This document shows positions 9,749 through 20,335 of a DNA stretch of 27,251 nucleotides, one piece after another. Within the stretch, counting starts at the first letter, position 1, and each line of letters opens with the position of its first letter. The notes below the pieces were generated by a model. It worked only from the letters and a program-made list of their open reading frames with translations. It made no database searches and was not told where the DNA came from. The position numbers were made by a program, and so were the translations under genes. The DNA comes from Catajapyx aquilonaris (taxonomy: Eukaryota): positions 62,001 through 89,251 of the forward strand of contig KZ538268.1 in assembly GCA_000934665.2 (NCBI GenBank). Reading direction: 5' to 3'.

Positions 9749-11125
9749 GCTCCTCTTTTTTTCTAGTTTAATTAGGGAGCTGGCGTTTTGTAGGAGTTCA
9801 CTTACTAATTTTTTCGCACGTTGGATGCCGGCATGTTTTTATGGGAGGGTTTTCGTGTGGTGGTTATTGCAGTGTGTGGAGAGGAAGTTAAAATTGGGTG
9901 TCACGTACAGGCGTGAATTTTCAGTTGGCAGGGTCATGTAGGGCACACTTTTTTGGCTTTGTTTGCAACTCCCACCCCTGGCTGGGTGTACTACCTAGGT
10001 TACCCTCTGCCCCCTGTAATGACAGGGACAGCTGGTTGTTCAGTACTTTCTCCCCTGTTCCTGTATAGTGTATACCTTTGCACATACTGTATTTTTAAAG
10101 CATTTTTTAAGCAACTGCACGCAGAGATTTTCCTAACCTCTAATACTATTATTGAAAGCCATATTATGTCCGTACAGCCGCCGGATTAAAGCTACTTATT
10201 TCGACACGAGTATACACAGAATATATAATGAATAGTTTGTATTGTAAATGCCAGGTAAATCCAGTCTTTTACTGTAACACAAAAGAGAGCATTTCACTGC
10301 TGTGATGACAACATTATTTAGCCTACACGATATGAAAAGAAGATTTGCAATCATTATGAAAGCTGTAAATGGCCCGCAGGACAACGTAATTAATCACTTT
10401 AAGTGGGAGTTTTAATATCAACATGACTATTCGCAGCTATTCGCGCGTGATTTACTAGTTGCATTATCTACCGTTACTTGTTTTTGCATGAATGTTATAC
10501 TTGTATATCCAAAATGAACAGTAATAGTTATACACTGAACTTTAAGGCCTCATAAATAGACGCCAAAGCTCTAATTAAATATTAAAATGATTTTATTATC
10601 GTAAATGGCAGCGTTATACAATACATATTTTTAGAAACATAAATAGTTCACTACGGAAAGTATTCACGCTGCAGTTGATTACTTGAAACTACCTGTAGGT
10701 AACGGCTGCCGAGTGGGTGCAGGGGAAAGGCCTTGAAACTAATTACCTCACACGATTCACATTATACCATGTTCTATGCACGATTGTGGTGAGTGTGGTC
10801 CGAGGACTTATTCAGCTTGCACTGTAGAGTGTGTGTATGTATACAGTGCAACCACGATTACGCGGGCCCTTAATCATGAACTCTAATGTTGGTCTAGTGC
10901 CGAAGAAGAAAAAAACATTCCCATTTTTATCTATAGCAGTTGAATATAATTATATTATTGCATACTAGTAGGGCGCGCGACGGTAATAAATAGTATACCA
11001 CTGAAATGACGTTGCTGTAGGCCTACTTCTTTTTTAAAGAATATCCTGGAATTGGACGATTTGTACAATACGTATAATTGCCTCCTGTGTTACATAATAA
11101 TTGCCATTCGATGCAAAGCCAGAGG

Positions 11126-11203
<78 letters not shown>

Positions 11204-11217
11204 GCGACAACAATATC

Positions 11218-11250
<33 letters not shown>
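11126..11250 (+). repeat. Compound (AAT)n/(AAC)n microsatellite
   Basis: Directly visible. Confidence 0.95.
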
Positions 11251-11360
11251 AGCTCTCGAAACATAATCTTTGGTGGCTAGCAGTGCAGTGGCCTGCAGTG
11301 ATAAACTGCATCGGGGTTAATTAGTAATTATAGCAATACAATATTGTACATGACGTGATG

Positions 11361-11631
11361 AACCGAAGCAGGTTGGTGTAGGGGATAAGGAGCCCGCCTG
11401 CTAATCGGGAGGTCCTGGGTTCGAATCCCCGGGCCGGCGACCCTGACCATGGTTTTCTGTGGTTTTCCATGGTCCCCTCCAGGACAATTCCGGGGTCGTT
11501 TCAGTAAAAATTGGCCACAGCCGCTTCCTTCCTTCTCTATCCCTGGTCCCATCAAATGGTGGTAATCCACCCCCCTAAGGGAGCCTAAGGCTCTAGCACG
11601 GGGTGTGATAAATAAATATAAATAAATAAAA
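11361..11631 (+). mobile_element. Full-length tRNA-derived SINE (resembles insect Lm1/Talua-type central domain)
   Basis: A-box-like TGGTGTAGGGG, B box GGTTCGAATCC, central GGTTTTCTGTGGTTTTCC...CCAGGACAATTCCGGG...GGCCACAGCCGCTTCCTTCC, (TAAA)n tail. Perfect 13-bp TSD ACATGACGTGATG at 11348-11360 and 11632-11644. Confidence 0.9.
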
Positions 11632-13251
11632 ACATGACGTGATGCTACAACTTAAGCGCCCTTCCATTGTCTCCCTCTATAAACTATAATAAGGCAATAT
11701 AACCCATTTCGCACCATTAGGCTGTGTCGGGAGCTAGATGGTAATATTGTATACATAATTATGCATTATTCATGTTATTCATGTGTATACACTCCCGCTC
11801 TGTTATTCTACTGAGGGACTCTCAGTGCTCATGCAAGGACCACAGATAAGCGGTATAGTGCTGTCAAGTTGGACAGCGGCATCGTCCAGCGAAATTGGGG
11901 CCCTCTTGGACCAAGAGCTGCAGAAGTTTCAGGTTGGCGTATAGCTTCCAGCAGCCAAATCCCCTCCAGTATGGAATTCGTGCTCCTATCGGAAGAACTA
12001 ATTAACCAATTAAATTTACTACTGGCCTTCCGCAAGGAGAGCCAATGAGCCATATTCCTACCTCGATTCTAAGGGTGTTCAGCAGGGTGTCAACTTCGCC
12101 CTCGGACAGGAGGAGTAACTTGGGTTCCGTTTAGCACATGCCGACGATGTTAACTGATAATTCCCCTGCATCATAATACGTATGAATATCCTAAACGATT
12201 ATTTTGACGGAAACTATAAACATCTCTAAAACTATAAATATCTGATGATGATGATGATGATGATGATAATTAATAAATAAACTCCTGTGTATGACCCGGC
12301 ATCATAAATAAATTATAGTTGGGCAAACTTACAGATGCATAAAGCAAAGATTTTCCTCTCTGGTTCCGATCAATTATTCAAATGCTCTCTTTCCGCAAAA
12401 TTCAAAACCAATGGAATTAATTATAATGTTGATTCCCATGGGTCATCATGATAAACCAATGTAACACTAACAAGTAAGTAACATGTGTTTTATGAAGTGG
12501 GCAAAACATGGGGTGACCCCCATTATTTCGCGACAGCTTATACACAGTAGCTACAAAGCCATCAGTAAGTTATATAGGCCTGTACCTAGTTACAAACCTA
12601 CTCAGTAATAATTATGAAAGGAATCATTGTTACTTGATGACTGATATGCTTATCTCGTGTCGGGGTTGTGCTTCTGGGCTTGCTTCTTTGACAGGAATTT
12701 GAGAACTTAATCAAGATCCATTGAGTCTGTCACAGCGCAACCTGTTGCTGTTGCTGAACTTCTTACATGACTGTAATATTGTCGCATTATCCTGCTTAAC
12801 TTCGTGACAGTCTGAGATTACACGCGACGTGAGTTCGCGCCTAACGAACTGCTATATTTATTTTGCTGTAGCACAGCAGGATGGTATTCACGCTGTGGTG
12901 GATCCTAGCATACTCTACAGTCTACAGTACATAGGAATCAGGTACGTTTCGGGAAAATGCGATTTACGAAGGTCACTTCCGCTTTAGTCCCATGGTAATG
13001 AAATGTGCTACGACCTGATTAGCACCGAGAGCAGGCCGACTCGAGTTCTTCAGCTATTTCATTAGTACGTACTGTAGAGCACAAGTAACACGGTCCTAAG
13101 ACTCCGTGAAACTAACGACTCACAGAGTTTGAAAAATACTGTGCAGGGATTTCAGCACTTTACCTACGTTACAAGTGAAAATAAGTCGATAAGCAGCCAG
13201 CCATTAGCGAAACTATATAGTTCACTGATTCTATTTCGTTTATATTGTTAG

Positions 13252-16200
13252 AACGAAGAGCTAATCTGGAGCTCTTTGCACGTCGGATTATGCGACAGGT
13301 GGCCGCAAGAGACCCCCGATTTAGTTGCCGATGGCTAATGTCCACCGAATCACCTTGCGAAGACACTCAGGTAAGTCGCACAAAAACCTTCTGACCGCAT
13401 TAAGTAACGCAATGTGATTCAGGTTGGCGAGGATGAAGAACTGGAGCTAGTGGTTCGTCTGGACCAGTTGTCGTCGCCGGTAACCTGGGGCGAAGAAATC
13501 CCAGGTTGCCGCTTGGTGGACGGGGATGACCTCCCGGAGGAAGACGATTCACCATACGACGCCCTTGACGGCGGACGAGATGCCAACTGGCCTCCAGGTC
13601 ATGTACAGCTGAGGGCACAGGGTCCTGCAATGGAGTCATTTGCCGAGTACATATGCCCAAGAGGATTCATCTGCTCGGATTTGCTCCTGGATGCTTTTTA
13701 CCATTTAGTTTCACAAGTGGTGCAGGAGCACATGCAAGGCGGTGGCCATCATAGCGACGAGTCAGATTCCAAGCCTCCTTATGTCATGGACGCTGATGTC
13801 CTGCAAGAGATTACAGCGGAGGTGCCCACCGAAGAACACCTCCTCCTTGTTGGTTAGTCATATTTTGTGGGGTCAAATCAGCAGGCTGTGTCTAATCGTT
13901 CTAAAATACAGAGACAGGAAGTGCGGACCAAACTGACTTTACGGATTGGTCAGTTGAGGTTATTGAGGAGGTCAGTGCAGTCAAGATACGGATAGTCAGC
14001 CCTGACGCGACTCGGAGGTCAACATTTAGGTTTCTACTCGGTGTGGCAATGGAAGGATGGCCGCGGCAATGCGACTTCCCTCAAAGAGTACCGCTGGGCC
14101 ATCTCGACGCTCTTCCTTTTCACCACTCGGCTTTACTGGTACAGGTTGCATTCAGCAATGCGCAGGTTACTATCTAATAATGCATTGCATTGCCAGGGAT
14201 TTTACTGCATACCGGGTGGCGAAGAGAGTGCTTCTGGTGTCGGCTCCTGGCGCTTGTATTTCCCTGCATCTCGGTCGTCACTGTTGGCTCACTATGGACC
14301 CGAAAGCGCTGTGGCGACGACGTTGAGGACACTTAGGGTGGTGGTGGCCCAACTGGGTGACGCGTCACATCCGCTCTGGCGCAGTGGGTGCGTCGGAGAT
14401 GACGCCAAACGTCTTCCTCCGTCACTGGCGTCTCGTTTCAAAGTACTGACTCGTGACGCTCTCGATGCAGCTTTTTTGTTTGCTTTGGAGAATTCTCCTG
14501 ATGCTCCCGGTCACTCGGACCATCCTGGTAATCACTTTAGTAATGATATTAAAATTTTAACAAATAAGACCTAAAAATTGTTATACACGCAGGTGAAGAG
14601 TGGGACAATGCCATGGACGCAACCGACGCTTGGCGTCTGGAAAGGATGTCAGCTCGCGTGTTAGGAGTGTTGGACCTCCTGATGGTTGCCCTTCTCAAGC
14701 GTCAACTTCGAAGTTTCTTTGTACCTGGAATGAACGTGCTGGCTGGGCGTCGTGGCACCACTGACGAAGACTATGACGCCGACGCCTCAGTTCTGCGCCA
14801 TTACATGAAAGCACTGCATGAGCTGTCCTATTACCCTTCAGCAGCGTCGGGCCAATCGGACCTCAATTCTTCAGGTGGCATTATTTTTCTTTGAAAGTTA
14901 TACCTTAATACTCGGAACTAATTTCTTTATAGGGTCACCCGAAGACGACTGGGTGAAAGAACTCTGCTTGCGAGAAAGTCTGGAAAAGATGCTTCTGGAG
15001 CAATGGCGTGTTGTACAACGATCACTATTGAGGACACGGCGTCCGCTGACATCAGCAACGTCGGTGGCGTCGGATCCGGCCGCTCGTTTGCAATTGGAAT
15101 ATGTCACCCAAGTAATGGATAGCGTCCTGCGGGTCAAGCAAGCCGTGAGGTTGTCGTCTGAGGGAATAATTCTGCCAACTTGCGGCGGCTCCAGAGTCGT
15201 CGCTGACGTTCTTGGCGTCGTTCTGGCGCAGTTGGGCGTCGCTGCTACCAGAACCAACATGAAAAATTACCACCCACGCAGCACACGCATCATAGCCCAG
15301 GCTTTGTTACATGTACGTGCCCGTTTTATGCATGCATAATAGTTTTTTGCCAATTCAGGCCATTTATTTTTCAGGAAGCGGAAGCCAATTGCCGGTCATC
15401 CGTGACACGGGTCGAGGACCTTTTTCCAGCACGGACTGTTATAGGGTGGTTATCGGCTGCCACGAGGACAAGGCCATTCGGGGCATGGGCACATCACTAT
15501 CTGAGAATGATGTGCTACAGTGCAGCTGCAAATGCATGCTTCCTGCAGGTCAGCGGCAGTGGTCTCAGCGTTTTTCCACAGTTTTGCTGACGGGGGATTT
15601 TTTTTTCTTGGTCCTGACAGGAATATCGAAAGCGTAACAGTGGATCTGAAGTAGGAGCTGCCAGAAGTTTGGCCCGATTCTTGTCATCTGAGAAGGAAGC
15701 GGACTTCCGATGCGCTCAAGAAGCGCTGTCGGATGCGGCTGCTAAAGGATGGGGATGGGCACAAGCCACGCTGCAAACACCGGCACGTCTGGACGGCACC
15801 TTCGTTCTGGTTGTGGAGCCGATGATGAACCACGTGCTGGCCTTTAACCTCTTGCCAACCTCTACTGCAACGATGACCCTGACAAAGACCAGTTCAACCA
15901 TATCTGCATTGTTGCGTCAGGATCACCGTGATCTTGGTAAGGCTGGCTGGCATGCAAATCTACAGATCTCTATCCCTTGTGTGATTTCAGTTAGCCACAC
16001 ATGATATATCATGTAGGCCATGAAGTTGTACGTGACTAAAATTGTACTACTTTTTATTTATAAATGAGATTTCCTGTAACACGATTCTTCTGTTCGTGCG
16101 ACAAACCTTTGCTAATTTGGGAGATAGTAGTGCAATGGCCAACTGGTCAAGTAAGCTGGATCTAATCCTAGTGGAGACCAAATATTAGCGATGAAAAATT

Positions 16201-17128
16201 AAACAAAAGTATATGGACAGTGCAGGTAACTGCACCCGAGGAGAAACTAGCTGATTACTTTTAACTTTTTAGATACATTAAAATATAGTAGTTTTCCTAT
16301 AGTGTGGTTACCTCCTAAAATATCAGGCACACGTGACTGCTGATCGTTGTTAATTTTTATCAGACATTGAGAATTTATAGCGGTAGGCTACGCCATTTGC
16401 GTCAGTAATTTTTCTCAACCGTTACCCGTTTCCCCAAGTAGGTCCCCTATTAATTAGTCGAACTCTTGGACAGAAACACTGGAGCTGGTTTTACGAGGGC
16501 TTCCATTGGATCGCAACGTAAGCTGCAAAAGACGCGCTAAGCTGCTGGAAGGATGTCCTCTGGCGGCGTCGGTGGCGTCTCGACGGCGTCAGGGATATCA
16601 GAGGGGACTAGGAAGCATCGTCGGAGCGCTAGTGACACTAAGGAGCTTTGGCTCTCTTCGACAAGTTGCAACCGTGCTCCCTGAGAAACGTGCTCAGGAA
16701 GCTCTAGCCGCCATCCAGAGGCTGTCCAGAGGCAGCGAGCGCAGTCTGGCCCGATCACGTCGAATGCGCGCCTCCGATGCAACTCAATTCAGGTCAGTCA
16801 GTGAGACACAATCAATATGTGTGGCTACAAATTTGTTAGAAAATTGAATCTCAATGACAGTTGAGGGCAAAACGCTATTTCTAATGGATGTTTCTGACCG
16901 TTTAGAGATGGGCAAGTGGCTACATTCAGGAGGCGAAACCACCAGCAGTACGCCTCCTTCCGGGATGACACCAACGATGCCCTGGAAACATCCGGAGCAC
17001 GTCCACTTAATGCCAAAGTGCGCAGAGCCAAAAGTTTACACAACCTTTTCCGCCGGTCAGCCGCCGGATATCAAGTTAATCGCTTCACTGATGCGTCCGA
17101 CCCTGTAGACAACGTCACCAGGCTCTGA
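13252..17128 (+). CDS. Mab-21 / cGAS-like nucleotidyltransferase-fold protein with long C-terminal extension
   Basis: Exons 13252-13370, 13423-13852, 13912-14138 (or -14144), 14197-14527, 14593-14874, 14933-15312, 15375-15548, 15621-15936, 16474-16792 and 16906-17128; all GT-AG and phase-compatible. Mab-21 landmarks appear in order: IMRQVAARDPRF, VGEDEELELVVRLDQL, PPGHVQLR, FAEYICPRGFICSDLLLDAFYHLV, VKIRI, MEGWP, GFYCIP, WRLYFP, W..ERMSARVLGVLDLLMVALLKRQLRSFFVPGMNVL. With exon 9370-9571 the CDS is 3003 nt (1000 aa). Confidence 0.85.
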
Positions 17129-17399
17129 CACGTGAAAACAGGGCAGGATGGTTTATTCAGTAGCTTTCTCGCACCGGTGTGTACCTAACCCCCCTTCTAT
17201 ATACACAGTCACGTAGGTCGATTCGTATTTAATGAACAAGTGCATGATTGTTGAGCCCCCTAGTAATTTAGCAACCATAATGTGATTTTATCGAGTGTGA
17301 TTCTTCAAAGTGCCGGTTGACATGGACAGCCTAGTTTGCGGCCGAATTCACTCACACCTTTAATGAAGTGCTGCTCTGTGAACAACACGATTGTGTGCA

Positions 17400-17720
17400 A
17401 ATAGGCCAATTAGAGGCTTCCCCCCCACAGCATCTCCCCCCTGGTGAATGAATTGAACAGTAGAGATTGGCTGGAACGTGCGATTAGGGCGACAAGTGTG
17501 GGATGAATCGACACGTTCATTCCACATAATCCCATGTATGTGACCAATCGTATCTAGTAGTTTAAAAGCTGTTTCATGGGGCTCATCTCTCCGGCCTTGA
17601 CCCGGACTATCGGAAAGGACGATTTGACAACGATGCAAGTCGGAGAGATAAGGCGAGGGTCAGACGTGCAATCGTCTCCGCTTCACATTTCTCGACGGGT
17701 GCTCCAGAAGGAAGAAGACA
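17400..17720 (+). promoter_or_regulatory. Putative promoter of the methyltransferase gene (clustered CCAAT boxes)
   Basis: CCAAT 17406-17410, ATTGG 17466-17470 and CCAAT 17544-17548 lie within ~320 bp upstream of the ATG at 17721. Confidence 0.35.
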
Positions 17721-19577
17721 ATGCCGGACGATCGGAAGGATATGGAAGCTATCTTGGAGAAGCGGGAGGAGCAATGTTTACACAAGGACTTGACCAAGAG
17801 CCAAGTGCAGGAGGGATACGACAACTGGGCCAAAGAATACGATCAAGTAAGTTTTATTTGAGTTGGTCCAGTTTGTAGCAGTGTCAGGGTGGAGGGTGAC
17901 ACAGTGGCCGAGCAGTGGTGGTTATGTCACTCGTCAGGAAGATTCGCTTGTGGTATATTCACAAAGTCGCTAAATTTTTTTTACAAGCCTCGATAAGCGC
18001 CTTGAGATATATGGCGAATGATATTCTAAGCTGATTTGTGAAAAAGGACTGTTGTGTGAACAGGTATTGTACGGCATGCTTTTTCATTTGGCATGTGAGG
18101 GGGTGAAATGCAGAGAGAAACCCAACCGTAGGACATCTGACCGAAAGAATATTGGAAAAGGAGAAAATGGTTCATTACGCTTACCATAATCTGCTTCACT
18201 TTCAACTGATTTTATTTGTTGTATTATCTTCTCAGATAATCTACTGAACTCACCATTCGATTATGCAATGACGATTGCATGACCCCAAAGTACTTGTACT
18301 TATCATTTTGTTGTAGATTTTGTCATCATTTCACCCCTTTAAAGAAAATTGTCCGTGCATAAAAGATGGAAGCATTGTGATCAAGATAATTATGCTGTCC
18401 GCACCGAGCGTTTCATTGCCCATGCAGAAGTTAACTCTCCTTAACTTCTCCCCCCATGGCAAGTGCACCATTCTGTACAGGGCTCTTGTATTGTACGTAC
18501 TTTATAGTCCCTGTATGGTCGTTCAAGAACAGGCTGTTTACTCCAATTTCCCAGTGGAACTTTGTAAATCGCCATTGTAACTAGCGAAGCCCTCTTTGTT
18601 GATTGATTAAAACGATAAGTTACCATGCTGTTGACGACCGAACTTCCGATTCAAGATTCCGAATAGTTTGTATCAATCATTCTGCCGCATTTGGGAAGCA
18701 ATGTTCCTGACGCAATGCACTTGTAGCGATCCACATCCAGCATTTGTTACTAGTGTCCTTCCTAATTTATTTACAGGAAATGGCGAACAACAAGCTCTAC
18801 ATGGCACCGGTTGAAGCTGCCCGCGCAATAGCCCAAGTTTTCCCGGAATCCCAAAGGCCCGCAGTCCGCATTCTAGACGTCGCCTGTGGTACCGGGGTCA
18901 TCGGAGTCGAGGTCTGACACATCCACAATAAGCCCCTAGCCTCATGAAACACGTACTTGCACAGACCCTACTTAACTCACATTACTTTCACACTGTAAAA
19001 CGTGCCGATTGACATTTCAGTTGCACAAACTCGGATTTCGTCGCATACACGGAGTGGATCCCAACTGGAAGATGGTATCAGAGCTGCTGCCTAAATGCGT
19101 GTACCGGCAGGTCATACTGGCCACAGTGGGAGAAACCAACAGCCCGGATGATGCCTCTAATGGAGACATTCTGGACGAGTACTACGACGGCGTGGTTCTG
19201 GCCGGAGGATTTACGCACGGCCATGTGCCATACACCGCCGTTTACGATATGCTCAGGGCGTGCAAGAAAGGCTAGTTTACTGCATTTAAACACTTCCTAC
19301 ACCGAAATTAAAGTACTAATACGTATAATTACTACTAACTATACAAGTGTCGTATAGGCATTTCTGGTAGATGAAACAAATGCTGATTGTTTCAGGAGGC
19401 GTGGTGGTGATAAGTATGCGTCCAGTGGTCCTGACTGAACACGAGGACTACCTGCCCTTGGGTCCCTTGATGGAGAGGCTGGAGAAGGAAGGCAAGTGGA
19501 AGCTGGAGAGGAAGCACGAATTTGAAAACTACTGGCGCTCGGATTCCGGTGTGGCGCTGACCTACCGCAAGTGCTGA
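17721..19577 (+). CDS. METTL27: Methyltransferase-like protein 27 (WBSCR27 family) class I SAM-dependent methyltransferase, ~230 aa
   Basis: Exons 17721-17846 (..GYDNWAKEYDQ), 18777-18911 (YMAP..., ILDVACGTG motif I), 19021-19270 (LHKLGF..IHGVDP..M, YDGVVLAGGFTHGHVP, R.CKK) and 19396-19577 (GGVVVISMR ... LEKEGKW ... GVALTYRKC*). Intron 3 is GC-AG. AATAAA at 19659-19664. Confidence 0.88.
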
Positions 19578-19804
19578 GCATTTATCAACCGGGATCTCCC
19601 CGACGTCATAGTTGATGGGGGGTTCTCCCCTCGCTCTCCGTATTGGAAACCGATCAAGAATAAACAGCGATACTAAATCTTGGTGCGGTGTACTTATTGT
19701 AATGTTGACACATATTTTTTCCTTGGACGGGTCGGAATCAATCCGAGACACTTGCAAGTTACGATCAGATCAGTGACCTCTGAAGACCTGCAGGGTCGTC
19801 GTAA

Positions 19805-20335
19805 ATTTCCGCCCCCGACTCGGCTGCCCCCCACCTATACAGGGCTCCTATTGGCCAAGGGCCAACACCCTTTTTCACCCCCCCGTCCCCCCCTTCCCCC
19901 CCCCCCCTATTTTCTCCCAGCACTTGTATGACGTCAGAGGAGACGCGGTCGATGCTGGCAGCCGAACCAGGGCGTAACCACCACTACCGTCATAAAAGAT
20001 CAATCTAACCACCCCCTGGACCGCAATTTAATTTATTCATTACTGTTTACCAGCTCCCCAACGTTGTCCTTTTCTTCCGGGGAACACATTTTCCGACTGG
20101 ACGTCACTCTTCCTCCTGATTGTACACTGGAGTAGGTGATTAATGCTGCTCTTTTTGGATGGGGACATGTCGACGTGCTTTTTCGTTTCGTGGGTGGGCT
20201 ATCCATTTGGTGTGGAGTGTACCCCGCACCCCCCCTCACCCACCAAACCAGCCGGCCCACCCACCCACCCAACTCACCCCCAGAAGAGTAGTAGGAACAG
20301 CAGCAGCAGCATCCCGCCCGTGTCCATGGCAACGG
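19805..20335 (+). promoter_or_regulatory. Putative promoter/5' region of the downstream membrane-protein gene
   Basis: GC box CCGCCC 19809-19814, ATTGG 19850-19854, C-tracts 19878-19907, full CRE TGACGTCA 19929-19936 and X-box-like GTGTCCATGGCAAC 20320-20333. The GC-rich stretch ends at a consensus donor cag|GTAATT near 20596. Confidence 0.4.

Noticed and set aside
11365..11436. tRNA-Ser(GCT)-like sequence with A/B boxes
   Set aside because: Acceptor and D stems do not pair and the Ser long variable arm is missing. It is the head of a TSD-flanked SINE.
17576..17878. 100-aa ORF as METTL27 exon 1
   Set aside because: The family motif YDNWAKEYD is in a different frame, starting at ATG 17721.
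19572..19676. TGC-TGA end of METTL27 followed by ~32 open codons (selenocysteine or readthrough?)
   Set aside because: The protein is already complete at the family C-terminus, the stop context is TGA-G, I see no convincing SECIS, and this length of open frame is common by chance.
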